Source of the DNA: Paraspadella gotoi | Taxonomy: Eukaryota; Animalia; Chaetognatha | DNA length: 64,000 bases | Assembly (NCBI GenBank): GCA_051294375.1 | Contig: CM119265.1 | Span: forward strand, 21,168,555-21,232,554 | Direction: 5' to 3' | Shown: positions 50,675 to 64,000 of the stretch, piece by piece | Layout: every line of letters begins with the position of its first letter | Position numbering within the stretch: the stretch's first letter is position 1 | Made by a program: the position numbers and the translations under genes | The notes under the pieces: generated by a model | What the model was told of the DNA's origin: nothing | Seen by the model: the letters and a program-made list of their open reading frames with translations, nothing else | Database searches by the model: none

Positions 50675-52841
50675 TTAAAAAACTCGAGCCACTCGGAAGA
50701 AAGCGAAGATCGAAACGGCGACCAACGAAATCGGATAAGTCTAAAGGAAAAAACAAAAAAAATATTCTAAGTCAAATCGGATCGCGTTATTTTTTTCCTT
50801 CATTCCAACCAAACATCCATCGATCTGCCCATCCAAATCTCTCAATCAAACCATCCCTCATTACGAATCCATCCGTCCCTCTAGATATCCGGTCATCCCT
50901 TCCCAGTCCCCACTCCCCCCACCCCCCCCCTCGCTCACCATCGTGGAAAATAACTTTTGAGCTCCCGAGCCTTCTTCTGATTGTCCTCCTTCTCCGTCTT
51001 CTCCGCTTCCTTCTTCTCCTCCTCCTTCTCCATCTCCTACGTCTCCCTTATCTTCTCCAGATCCTTTTTCTCCATTTTTGCCTCCGCAAACTTTCTTTCT
51101 GGTCTCGGGCGAAATGTCATAGGGCGGCGGCGGCTCTTTAAAAAAAAAAAAAAAAATTGGATGCATTAAAGTTGACCTGAGATAACTATTTTTTTCATCT
51201 TGTTATGAAGGGAAAGGATCGATTTTGGAATGTAATAATTAATTAATTAATTAATCTATTTATTTATTTATTTATTTATTTATTATTTAAACCTACGTGA
51301 TAAAACATCGACCGTTGTCCAAACTGATAACAGATATAGAAGACACATAATTCACAATTTCTAAACCTTTTTTTACCTCTCTCATTTTTTTATTTATTTT
51401 GAAACTGTTGCTGTCTTTCTATAACTAGTTTCTTTTTCCTTCTCACTTTCACTTTCACTTTCACATTCGGTTCTTCCTGCTCTCTTTCAATCTAATGGTT
51501 GAATATGTACATAATCGTTTCTATGACTCATTCTCTCACTGTCGACGTTGATTGCGATGTTGCCTCCCGGAAAATAAAAGCAGACGAAATAATCATTTCC
51601 CTTGGCGGCACCAGTTTTGCAGTCGGTCTTACCGCAGCCGACGGAAGTCGTTCCCGCCCACACCACCTGGCGGATGGAGATGGAAAGTGAACCGAGTCAT
51701 TGGAAATAAGTGATCGAAAGGAATGAATGAAAAGAGTGATGGAAAGGAATGAATGAAAAAAAAGAGTGATCAAAAGGAACGAATGTGAAGAGTGATCGAA
51801 AGAAATGAATGAAAAGAGCGATCAGAAATAATGAATGTGAAGAGTTATCGAAAGAAATGAATGAAAAGAGTGATCAAAAGGAATGTTTGAAAAGAGTGAT
51901 CCAAAGAAATGAATGCGAAGAGTGATCGAAAGGAATGAGAGAAAAGAGCGATGGAAAGGAATGAATGAAAAGTGTGATCAGCGTCTACGAAATATGTCTT
52001 TTACACCATCGTTGACGTGGTAACTAATTAGCGGGACATAGATGAATAACACAAGTAATAATACAATTTAAAAAAAAAAAGTCAAAATGACGATCCATCC
52101 CTCGACCTGCGTGTAGTGACCGCAAACGGCGGAACAGGAGTTGGAGCAGTAATCGTAGTCTTTGACCTCCGAGTTCCAAGCCGTGATGCCAGCCTTCCAG
52201 TCGGAAGATCCTGACGTCGCCATGTAGAGATTCTCGCCCACCCAGCCCTCTAGATGGGGGAGGAGGAGGAGGAGGAGGAGGAGGTGGAGGGGGGGGAGGA
52301 GAAGTAGGGAGGGAGGGAAGGGTTTTGAGACTTAGCTGAGAGAGATTTGTCATTATGTCATTATGTCATTATGTCATTATGTCATTATGTCATTATGTTA
52401 TGGCAAAGTCGACACTTACTTATGCCGACGGTTTTCTCCACAAACTTCTTATCAACATTCGCCGCGTGTTCAAAGTTGCATTTCTTGGACCACTCGGTCG
52501 CCGCCTTCTCCAATTTATCGTTCCAGGTCAGCTGGTAAAGGGAAGTGAGTGAGTCTGAGAGAAAGAGAGACGGACGGACAATCATCGAAACGGATGCACA
52601 AACGTACAGACTTAGCGAGACTCTTTCGGAAAAGGAGAAACGGACAGAAGAACGGAAATGAAACTTGAGACATAACAAAAAAAAAGAAGGTCCAGACTTT
52701 TGGGATAGGCTTTGACGGTGGACCCGGCTTGACGTTGGCCCTGAAGGAGTTGTGCGTCTTCAGAATAACCTCCTTGTCGTCTCCGTAGACGACGTTGACG
52801 ACGACGATGAAGACGACGACGACGAAACGAGACGGAGTCAT
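50675..52841 (-). CDS. CAP/SCP superfamily protein, paralog 2, with acidic Gly/Glu/Ser stalk and hydrophobic C-terminus; exons 52841-52698, 52531-52420, 52249-52107, 51666-51540, 51135-50939, 50740-50675; about 262 aa
   Basis: Signal peptide MTPSRFVVVVFIVVVNVVYG; motifs HNSFR, LTWNDKLEKAA, CNFEH, GWVGENLY, WNSE, CGHYTQ|VVW, VGC, FVCFYFPGGN, PPPPY; six exons join in frame (789 nt) with GT-AG boundaries. Confidence 0.9.
51705..51980. repeat. 26-bp minisatellite GAGTGATCGAAAGGAATGAATGAAAA in intron 3 of CAP paralog 2
   Basis: About 10 tandem copies read directly. Confidence 0.9.
52348..52398. repeat. (TGTCATTA)n octamer repeat in the paralog-2-specific intron
   Basis: Direct reading, about 6 copies. 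Confidence 0.9.
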
Positions 52842-54661
52842 TCTAAGACGAGAGATTTGACGCTCGTCCTTGAACTAATCTTAAATATATGAAAACGCGA
52901 ATTCTCAGCTTTCAATTGAATTGATCTTCGTTCATCTTTGTACATTTATTGTGGTATTGACATTATCCAATACACTTTTTACGCATTTATAATTACACAG
53001 TATTATCTTTCAAAAAGGATTAAAAACTTTTTTAGATATTAAAGCACGAGATATCTCTTTTAACGCTTTTAACTTGATGAATATGGGATAACGTCAAGAC
53101 TTCGAATCAGATCGAAAAATCATTTTTAAAATGGTAAAAAAATTTTGGCTAAGATTTGAATGTAAAGACTTGGCGTAACCATTGTTTTTTTGGCTTTATT
53201 TACGTAATTAATTTTAAAGGATGGTTTCTAAGAGCTCGACCTTATCTTTTTCCTCCTCCTCCTCCTCCTCTTCCGCCTCCTCACCCTTTTTCTAACTCAC
53301 CCAGGGGGGTCGCGCGTTTATGCAAATGTAAATGACGGGAAATGATAAGATAGGGAAATCAGCGATAAAAAGCCAAAGGTGCGGATTCGAGTGTCGGCGA
53401 TGTTCGCCTCTTTTTTTTTTTTTTTTTTTTTTGAACGACCGACCGACTAAAAAAAAAAAGGCCGACAAAAAGAAGCCGCATTTTGGAGAGTTGGAGAGAG
53501 AGGGAGACAGAGGGGCGAACTTGAATATATAGGGAGAGAATGCGATCAAAACAATAAAAGGAAGCTTTCTCCTTGCATTTATATCGATTTTGATATTGAT
53601 TCTGTAGTTATTTTAATTTTTTTTTTTACCCTTTGTCTAGACTCTAGTTTCCCTATCGGTTTTTTTTCTTTCTTTTTAGATCATTTCTTTTTTTTTTCCT
53701 TTCTCCTTAATTCTTTCTTTTCTTCTCCTATCTTCGACAGGCTCGATTTTTTTTCTTTTACGGTTTGTGATCGTCAGTTGAGGTTCTCAACTACCAGAGT
53801 GAATGGAGAAGAGCAGAGAGGAGAGAGAGAGAGAGAGAGAGCGGAGAGAGAGAGAGAGAGAGTCGGCGAATGGAACGAAGGCAGAACTAATGCATTCCCT
53901 GGTAGAGAATCCAACAGAGGTGGTTTCGGGCGAAGGGGGAGGGGGGGTTAGTTTAATATCCTTTTTAGAATTATATAATATGAGGTAGTTAAAAATTACA
54001 ACGGGATGAAGATTGTACTTTCCGAAGACCAGTTATAAGAGTATGGGGCAAGATAGCTTGTTTATTGAATTAACGGATAATTTGTATTGATTTTAATTTT
54101 ATTTTACCACTAGACGTTCTTCCTCTCTCTCTCTCTCNNNNNNNNNNNNNNNNNNNNNNNNNNNNNNNNNNNNNNNNNNNNNNNNNNNNNNNNNNNNNNN
54201 NNNNNNNNNNNNNNNNNNNNNNNNNNNNNNNNNNNNNNNNNNNNNNNNNNNNNNNNNNNNNNNNNNNNNNNNNNNNNNNNNNNNNNNNNNNNNNNNNNNC
54301 TCTCTCTCTCTCTCTCGATAAAAAAAAATCCCGAACTCGTCGGCGGATTTTGTATGACACATGACATAATTTGACGTATGACAAAAAAGACATCAGGCTT
54401 TGAGCTCGATTCAGAAGCGAGACTCGGAATGAGATTATCAATCTATCAGCTAAAGTCGTCGTCGTCGTCGTCGTCGTCGTCTATCACCAAACGTCATTTC
54501 CGGAGGGAATACGTCATCTTTTTCATTCCTTGATTCCTTCCTTCATTACATTCATGTCTTCGGCGGGTTATATAAGGTTATTCGTCGTCCTGGATGGTTA
54601 AAACGGCAAGCTGATTGCGGAAAAGAAGCATCACTGAATTAATATCGTGAAGAGAAGAGAT

Positions 54662-54710
<49 letters not shown>

Positions 54711-57422
54711 GAAAGAAGAGTTTTTTATTTCCGTTTTGCTTCATTTTAATCCTTTTTTGTCATATTGCGCAACGCACATTTCACTTTCCTTTTTTTTTTT
54801 TTTAAATTACTGGTTCGTAAATACTGCACCACGCCCCATTCGAACACCGCCGCCCTACTCGGTTTTGACCCTTCGCGGCGCGATGATCGCCGAGACGACC
54901 CGGCGTTCGATCCCGCCCCTCTCCCCTTCTTCTTTAGACGTCCGCGACTCTAAATAAGGAGCCGCGGAAATGGATTGGCGTTGCTCCCGAGGGGGCGTCG
55001 CCCGCGAAGAGAGGGGGGGGAAGAGAGGGGTCGGAGACGGTGACGGGACCATTGAGAACTTACCCTCCCCCCCCTTCGCGTTCACTTCCCTCCGAGGGAA
55101 GTTCATCTATCCAACTCAATCAAATTCCTCGTTGCCATCGAAGAACGACCCTTACCCCTTTCCCCGCCTTTACCTTCCCTTGATGCGCGCGGAAAATAGA
55201 CCATCCACTCCACCCTGCAACTGTTTTCGATCTCCCAGTTGAACATTTTTCTCGTCTCTGATCTATTCGCATCTCGAGTCGTTCTTTAATATTTTCAATT
55301 ATATTTACATGTTTTTTTATAAATGTACCACTCCAATCCACGGTTTAATATTCCCTTCCTTTTCACACCCCTTCCTCAAATGATCATGCCTCACTCATAC
55401 CACTCCCCTAAACTAAATTCCCCTTGTCCATCCCTCCACCCGGTCCCCCCCTACTCGCGCGGCCGTCGCGGCCCGGCCCACCGTCATATCCCGCCCGATT
55501 CGTGCCCGACGTCAAAAGGCAATAAACTGTAATGAGAAAATGACATTAAAAAGAGGATGATTAAAACTCCGATTGTGGCGCGGANNNNNNNNNNNNNNNN
55601 NNNNNNNNNNNNNNNNNNNNNNNNNNNNNNNNNNNNNNNNNNNNNNNNNNNNNNNNNNNNNNNNNNNNNNNNNNNNNNNNNNNNNNNNNNNNNNNNNNNN
55701 NNNNNNNNNNNNNNNNNNNNNNNNNNNNNNNNNNNNNNNNNNNNNNNNNNNNNNNNNNNNNNNNNNNNNNNNNNNNNNNNNNNNNNNNNNNNNNNNNNNN
55801 NNNNNNNNNNNNNNNNNNNNNNNNNNNNNGAAAGAAGAGAAAGAAACAAAGAAAGAATAGAAATAAATTATAAAATGTAAAAGACAAAGACGAATGTGGC
55901 GCGTGACGATTTNNNNNNNNNNNNNNNNNNNNNNNNNNNNNNNNNNNNNNNNNNNNNNNNNNNNNNNNNNNNNNNNNNNNNNNNNNNNNNNNNNNNNNNN
56001 NNNNNNNNNNNNNNNNNNNNNNNNNNNNNNNNNNNNNNNNNNNNNNNNNNNNNNNNNNNNNNNNNGAAAGAAGAAGAGATAAATATCTCTTCTCTCGATC
56101 TCCGCTCCTCTCTTCTCTTCTCGTTTCATCTCTTCTCTCGCGGACCATTGTATCTTTCCTCTCCTCTTCGGATCGAAGAAACGACATTCCGCGATAACGA
56201 TAACGAAAAAAAAAAAGATATTTTGTGACTCAGAAGAAAAAGAGGCCGACAAATTGCGGCGAACTGTGAAACCGTCAGGCAGCTGTCTTGTGATAATGAC
56301 GATGATAACGATGATTGCGACGATGATGGAGGGACGAAACGAGATAAAGAAGACGACGACGACGACGACGACTATGATGATGATGATAATGACGATCAAC
56401 TTAAAGTTAACAGTTGATGATAATCCCGGGTAAAACGCAGGAAAACGATGAACATAGTTTTTTATTTCATTACTAATCAGCTCATCTTTATTTACAGCCA
56501 AGTTTTACGGTGAGCAATGTCGTCGTCCTCGTCGTCGTCGTCGTCGTCGTCCTCGTCGTCGTCGTCCTCGTCGTCGTCGTCAACTACAGCGTTATCGTCC
56601 TGGACGGGAGTAAGAAACTTTTTCCTGTCATCGTTTTAATTCCTTTTCCAGAAAAGAAAAAAACAACTATAAATTACTTTTATTTTTTTCTGGAATTTTC
56701 TCCGCTTTTTTCTCTTCTCTTTAAATTTTCTTTGTTATTCTTTTCCGCGATATAAATATATCTTATCTCGTTTTGACGTGAGTCACTTCGGTGCGAAGTT
56801 CAGCGCCCCTCGCGGAAAAAAAAATCCTGGAAGGAAAAAAAAAACAAAAGGGAATAAATTCCAAGATTTTATTATGATTCGAAGGATTTCTTCGTGTGAC
56901 GAAACTGAGGTTTTTGTTGTGAAGATTTTGAAGGCGAGAATTTTGAGTAACATCAAAGGAATTCCTTATTATTTTCAATTCTCTTTTGTCTTTTTCTATC
57001 CTCCCTTCCCAGTCTCTCTATCCTCTCTCTCTTATTCTTACTAACCTCTCCCTTCCCCCTCTCTTCTTTCTCCCTACCACCCTCTCATGTTCCCAACCCT
57101 CNNNNNNNNNNNNNNNNNNNNNNNNNNNNNNNNNNNNNNNNNNNNNNNNNNNNNNNNNNNNNNNNNNNNNNNNNNNNNNNNNNNNNNNNNNNNNNNNNNN
57201 NNNNNNNNNNNNNNNNNNNNNNNNNNNNNNNNNNNNNNNNNCTCGAGACTCGAGATGCGACGTAATTAGTATTTCGCGATCTGACGAGATAAGACTGAGA
57301 GAATTTGGTGGAAGGTCGGCCGCTAATGCCAGGAAATGCGGCAAAATGTCGAGTTGCTTCAGGCAGTGTCTACGAAAAGCCTTTTGTCAAGAAATGANNN
57401 NNNNNNNNNNNNNNNNNNNNNN

Positions 57423-58480
57423 GAAAGAAGAAGAGATAAATATCTCTTCTCTCGATCTCCGCTCCTCTCTTCTCTTCTCGTTTCATCTCTTCTCTCGCGG
57501 ACCATTGTATCTTTCCTCTCCTCTTCGGATCGAAGAAACGACATTCCGCGATAACGAAAAAAAAAAAAGGAGATAATTTTTGGTGGGACTCAGGAAGATA
57601 AAAGAGGCCGAGAACAAATTGCGGGCGTCAACTGTGAAACTCCGTCAGGGCAAGCTGTCTTGTGATCAAGTGACGATGATAACGATGATTTGCGAACGCA
57701 ATGATGGAGGGACGAATAACGGAGGTATAAAGAAGACGAACGACAGACGGGGACGACGACTAGATTGGGATGTGTGAGTGAATGAATGAAAATGACGATC
57801 CCAAGGACTTAAAGTTAAACAGTTGATGATCAATTCCCGTAAAACGCAGGGATCAAAGCGATGAACCATAGTTTTTTATTTCATTACTAATTCAGCTCAT
57901 GCTTTTATTTACAGCGCAAAATGTTTTACGGTGAGCAATGTCCGTCCGTCCTGCGCGTCGTCGTGAGTTGTCGTCGTCGTCGCTCTGTCGTCCTCCTCGT
58001 CGTCGTCTCGTCGGTACGTCGTCAACTACAGCGTTAATCCGTCCTGGTACGGAGTAAGAAACTTATTCCTGGTCATCGTTTTAATTCCATTTTCCAGAAA
58101 AAGAAAAAAAAACAACTATAAATTACTTTTATTTTTTTTTCTGGAATTTTCACTCCAGGCTTTTTTTCCATCTTCTCTTTAAATTTTCTTTGTTATTCTT
58201 TTTCCGGCGATATAAATATATCTTAGTCATCGTTTTTGAGAACAGTGAGTCCTATCTTCGGTGGGCGAAGTTCAGGCCCCCCGCTCGGCGGAAAAAAAAT
58301 CCTGCGGGGGAACGGCTACTAAAATAAAACAAAAGGGTAATATAATCCAAGATATTTCAATTATATGATTCGGGATTTCTCTTTCGTGTGACGAAACTAG
58401 AGGTTTTTAGCTTGTGAGAAGAATTGTGAAGGCGAGGCAGATTTTTGAAGGGTAACAGTACTTATAAGGAAATTCGGGCT
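57423..58480. other. Noisy duplicate of 56066-56970; 59083-59258 similarly duplicates 57247-57396
   Basis: Starts identical straight after a 25-N gap and degrades progressively with insertions. Confidence 0.85.
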
Positions 58481-61400
58481 ATTTGATTTCCATAACATGG
58501 GTATTGAATCGTCTTGTCTTTTGCTGTGCTTTTATCCATCTGTAGCCCTATAGCGGCTCTAGTGTCTCCACATATCCTCTCTCGTCTGCGGCTCTGCGAT
58601 TTCGTGATTTACTTGATCGAGCAGTCAGGTTCAGTTCGGGAGCGTGTCATATTGTCGGTGGATGTTCCGTGACTATATGCAGGTTGTCGCCCTCATCTTG
58701 CTGGATTCAATGCCTTCTGCCTACTCGTTCAGGTTTTACCCGGCGAGGGTAGTTGCTTGGCCCTTTAGGAGCCCAGAGTGCTGCGTCCCTTCGAGAGTGC
58801 CCTCGTGGCACATATAGTCACCGATTGTGTCCTCCACCCTCCATCCCCCCATGTGTTTCTACGTCCTGATATGCCCGGAGCCAGGCACTCCATTGAGCTC
58901 CCAATGGGAGTCGTGCAGTTCCTCCACTGCCAGTGTGCAGTCGCAGCTGGTTCGGGCAGTGAGGTATTGACACCTCGACGATGCTAGCACGGATTGGCCG
59001 TCGGGCGGGAACTGCGGCAGGGTTCAGTGAGCAGACGAACATCGTAGTACTCATTTCTCAAGAAATTGAAGATCATTGATGGACTTCGAGATGCGACGTA
59101 ATTAGTATTTGCGATCTGCACGTTAGATAAGACTGAGATGAATTTGGTGGACAGGGTCGGCGGCGACTTATATGGCCAGGGGAAAAAATTGCCGGCAATA
59201 ATATGTTGCCGAGGCTTGCTTCAGCGAGTTGTCTACGGAAAGCCTTTTGTCAAGAAATGAACCTGAATCACAATTCCCAATTTTGCTCTTATTTTGGTCA
59301 AAAAAATAATGAATGCTAAAATTTTTTATACTATGTGGACTATCAGTCACATAGTAAGTGGCAAACCCAACTGGTAGTAGGAAAAAAGTCATCTCCTTAT
59401 AAGTAAATTTTATAAGCAGTAAAGATTAGTTGTTTATTAGCAAAATTTTAGGGCTTCAAAAATCTTGTCCATATTTTGCATCGACATATGTTCAAGTTTT
59501 GACCACCTAAAATTTTCAAGGGTGGAAGATCAAAAAAAAAAAATATTTTTATTGTCGCTTTGGGTTGCCCGGCTTCATGTTCTTTCTAACGTGGGGGAAA
59601 TAAAACATAGGAAGCATTTTTGTTTAATGATTCAACCGTTTGTTGCTGCAATGAAACTTTTGTAAACGATCGTTAAGTCAAAAAAAATGGCATTTTTTCG
59701 ATTTTGTCATTTTAAACTTAACTGAAACATTCTTAAGATTATTGAAGACGTAATGCAAAATAATTCCAGCACATCGATAAGTAATTATATCTGTAATATT
59801 AAGAAATACTTCATGGAGCATTATATTGCTTTAAAAAAAAATTTTTAAGATGTATTTATGGGCGGAGACGTGATAGATACAGTGTAGAGATAGATAGGAG
59901 AAGACAGAAGTTTTATAACGGCGGATACATTGTAATACAAATGTAGACCCACGGTAGTTAAACCATTTATACGGTAATAAATGGTGAAAACGAGAAAGTT
60001 ATCTACAGTAGATTGTTACGCAGTTTGTGTCTACCATCGTCGAGCTGTCCGCTTTTAAAAGCCAAAAGTCCGGGCCAAGTGTCCTCAAGCTGCTAGGTCA
60101 GTGGGGCTAACTAACGCACCGGGTTACCGACCGGTGGCCAGAAGACATGACCCTACGCAGCGTGAACCTAAGCCGTGCTCCCCCCATACATCCCATTAGC
60201 AGTCCCCCCCAACGCCAGACGTCCACGTCAGTTTGGTGCGTCGTGGATGATAAGAGGCAGTGGGAGGGACGGCCATAATTTCTCGTTGGGATCCGATCGG
60301 AATGGCGTTGCGGGGAAGTTAAGCTGGGATGCGCCCGGCGAGTATCGCTTGCCACTAGCTTCTTGGTTTGAATGAAGAACAGTAATTGGGCTGCCAAAAA
60401 CTTAATTTTCCATCGAACTGTGGGATGGTGCGGTTTGTAAGGCAGAAGGCGCGGCTTGGACGGCAGATGGTTCGCCTAAAAGGCAGTGGCGGGCTGGAAA
60501 AGATAGGCGTCGCGGAGTACGATTCGATGAGGCGGAATATAGAGGGTGGCGGTTGAAGGGGAAGAGCACCGTTTGCAGAAAGAGAATCGACCTTTTGGCG
60601 CCGAGAGAGAGGCGACCTTGTTCATTACACTGTCTTTGATGACTCGGGCACAGGTTATGGCAACGAGTAGATGGCCCGATCAAGCAAATGGCGTTCCGGG
60701 CGCGGGGGATGGCATAGATGGTTAATTGGCGGTAGCATCGGAAGAGTCTGAGCCCGAGACAGGCCGGAAATCGCGCTGGATCTGCGTCGCCGAAAACGGC
60801 CGATCAATGCCTGATCTAGCGGGCCATAAGTCTGGAGAATGATCCGTTGGACTCCTCTGGTGGCTGCGTCGCTTATGGAGTCCGCAGCATCGTGTGGGAT
60901 GTTGGCACCGATCGGAGCAGATGCCTGAGTTCAGAACATTTTGATATACACTCTGGCTGTGTTTTTCATTTATCTTTAATGATAGCCAGTTTGTGGTGGC
61001 TGCAATACGCATTGCCATACTGAGGCCAAAACGTTTCCTTGCTCTTTGTCCTGTGAATATAGGATTTATATTGTTGGTACAGAGTACTGAGCAAGCTCGT
61101 GGCGGGAGATAGGCTGTCGTCGCTTATCCGTGCATCGTCGGTCACTGAAGTTATTTTTACGTACCTAATTATTTTTTTTTGGTTTGTTAGATATTTTGGA
61201 TATATGCGTAGTCAAGACCTTTGTCGGAGATGAGGTCATGAAAGTTGTCGCCAGTTGTTTAAAGCAGTGGCTAGTAGGCGGAGTAGTGGCCCTTCGCTAT
61301 CGCTCAGTCCATTTTCCCTTATCTTCTATCATATTTTCTCTTTGCACATTCGTCGTGTAGTGCTGAATTAGCTAGTTGTTTTTGGTTGGCAGGCATAGTA

Positions 61401-64000
61401 TGTGGTTGTCGGAGGTTCGATCGCAGGCCGAAGTACAGACGACGTAGTTTCACATGTTGATTTGGTTCATTAAAATTTCAAAACGAGTTGCTCGAATTTG
61501 CGTTGTTCAAAAGAAGTCAGCTAATGATCGGTCTTTGTCTCAAAGTAAGTAAAACGTATATGAGTTCTCTTGCTGTAGTTGGCGGTCATAATCGACGTGA
61601 GGCATGTGTGTTATAGTGTTTGATGTTTGGCGCCTAAAGCACGAAAAGTAGAGGGGCCATGATAAAAGTCGTAAGAGAGATGGGGAGATCGGAAAACATT
61701 CGTCTTTTTGCACCGATTTGATTTGTTGACGAAGCAGCTTTCAAGGATCCGGTCCTCGTATGAGCGAGGAACTTCTTAGAAGGGTGTCGGGTAGCGAAGA
61801 GGCGCGGGTCTGGCAAAGGAATTCATACTCGTGCGTTGTTTTGGGGGCGGGGATCACCTCATAGGCGGCGGATGAGATAACAAGATCGGCGAACTGAAGA
61901 TTCGAAATGCGTTCCTGAAAGAATTGATTATTGCGTACAAGTTTACGTCGCCATTTTTTTTTAATAGAAAGAACCAGAACAAGTGGAGTGTAGAGGGAAA
62001 GTTTCTTTAAAAGGCACAATAAGGGATCGTATGTAGACGTATTTTATAGATTTTGGAAAGAAGATACATAGTTTTGGGAGAAAATTAAGGGAAAGTTTGT
62101 AGAAGGAACAAAAACAAGATTCGATAGACCACAGGAATTGTGTTATTTTATTTCTTTATTGGAGCGGTAGGTTTGGGTTTGTAGTTCACAATTTCGAACG
62201 TTTCGAAGATTGAAGTGGGCCATGTGAACGGGGGAAAAAGTTTATTTTGGGAAGCATTTAGACATTTTAGCGAACAAAACGTTAGGGAGGGCGAAAATCG
62301 TGGAGGGGAGACAGGCTGGTTCTTTCGGGTGAAGTTTATTTGGTGTGAGAAATTTTGAGAGAAAGGCATTGATTTCGGGAACGGTTGGCGGACTGATTAA
62401 ATTCGTATCGTCCCGGCTAATCACCCCCGCACATTTAGTGGGCGCGTGATATAATTAGAATAAGAAGACATAGGTTTAAAACGGGATACATTTAATACAA
62501 TGTACAAGGAGTTGAAAGCATTAACAGTAATGAAAATGCGTGAACGAGAAAAGTAATTAGCAGGAAGATTTGAGATTGTGTTCTAACCATGCGTGGGAGC
62601 CTTGTCGCGCTTTTAAAAGCCCTAAACAAAGTCGCCGCAAGTGTCCTCTAGGCGCAAAGGGGTCAGGTGGCTAAACCCAACCCCACCGCGTGTACCGAAC
62701 GGTGGCCAGCAGACATGACCGCACGTGACCCTAAAGCGTCTCCTATATCTTTGAATTTGGTGATTTTTTGTGGATTGTAGGTTTATATTTTTCAAATTTC
62801 GACTTTAAAGGCATTTATTCTTAGTGTTATTATAGTTTTATTAAGGGGGTTGGAGCCTAGTTTGTATTATTCTTTGTTTAATATCTTAAAAAACCGCATC
62901 ATTTTGCGTTATCGGTTAAAGCCATATCAGGACAATGTTTTTAATGCAATTTTTTTTTTTCCCGCGGTGTTCGACACGATTTTGCGGGAAAATATATTCC
63001 CGACAAAATCTGGTGCGGACTTTACGTAAAAAGTCTGGCAAGACACCACCAAAATAGAAAAAAATAAAGACTCGCGGACGTTATCTCCGCGAATTTTTTT
63101 GTGAGCTTAAACATAAATAATAGAATAATACGAAAAAAAAAAGAATTAAAGAAATAAGAGGAAAGAAAAAAAGGGAGAGAGTGGAAAGCAGAAAGAATAA
63201 TGAAGAGAAGAAGGAAGGAAGGTTAAGGAAAGGAAGGGAATGGGAAGGAATGAAGGAAGGAAGGAAGGTAAAGGAAGGCAAGGAAGGAAGTGAAGGAAAG
63301 GGAAGGAAAGAAAGTAAAAGGAAGGAAAGAAACAAGTTTGAGGGCAAAGCAATGTCGATCTGCCGCACAAATCAGTTAGCGGTAATTAATTAATTAATTA
63401 ATACAAACTATATAACTTAAAAACAAGTAATTTAATTAATAATTAATTAATTTGATCCGAAAATGGTTATGTTTTAGGTCTTTTCGTCCACTGAGCGCAC
63501 GACAAAAAGCACCGACGACCGACGATGAATTCCTCAAAAATGGTTCACGAATCGAGTTTCTCTTCTAAAAGAATAGAGAGTAGAAGAAGATTAATGAGAC
63601 ACAATTGCGATACGAAAGAAAAAGCAAATAAAGGAAAAAAATAGACGAGCGAAAGAAAGTAGAGAGAGAGAGAAAGCAGAGAAACCTAAAAAAAAGAGAC
63701 GAGACAAGAGATAGTGCAGTAAAGAGAGGATGAGAGACGAGAGAGCAGAGGAGAAGAGAGAGAGAGCAGAGATGAAAGAAAAAAAGAACAGAAGCAGTAT
63801 ATAGTGAATAAGAAAAAAGAGTATGAAAGTAACAGAAAAGGAGAAAGGAAGGAAAAGAATGAAGAGATAGAAAAGAAAGAAAGAGAAGAGAGAGAGAGAG
63901 ATAGAAGAAGAATCGGAAAGAGAAAGGAAGAGAAATATATAAATGCTCATAGAATTTATAAGGAAAATCAATATCGGCCTGATTCATAAAACGCGTTGTG

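Noticed and set aside
57242-57396. Short Cys-containing frame (KCGKMSSCFRQCLRKAFC)
   Set aside because: Flanked by gaps, no start or splice support, and the noisy second copy does not preserve the frame.

Overview
Eukaryotic (metazoan, probably invertebrate) draft-assembly DNA. It is AT-rich, full of (AG)n, (ACG)n and (GGA)n microsatellites and minisatellites, and has many N gaps and several noisy near-duplicate blocks that look like uncorrected long-read gap fills. Most ORFs in the supplied track are repeat translations. Three spliced gene models could be rebuilt by hand. (1) A + strand locus at 13221-15338 has one signal-peptide exon followed by three tandem, phase-compatible, stop-terminated paralogous exons. 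Each encodes REKR|Q-W...C-R-P-(Gly-X-Y)14 ending in GRR/GRK, i.e. a tiny collagen-like peptide with neuropeptide-type processing signals, apparently chosen by alternative terminal-exon use. This is the main candidate for an undescribed system. (2, 3) Two tandem minus-strand CAP/SCP (PR-1/GLIPR1/PI16-like) genes lie at 48140-49534 and 50675-52841. Both have putative GPI-type hydrophobic tails, and the second has an acidic Ser-Gly stalk and an extra intron. Also present are a TIR-bounded MITE-like element, several satellites and two low-confidence coding fragments. All models were read by eye, with no database or expression support.
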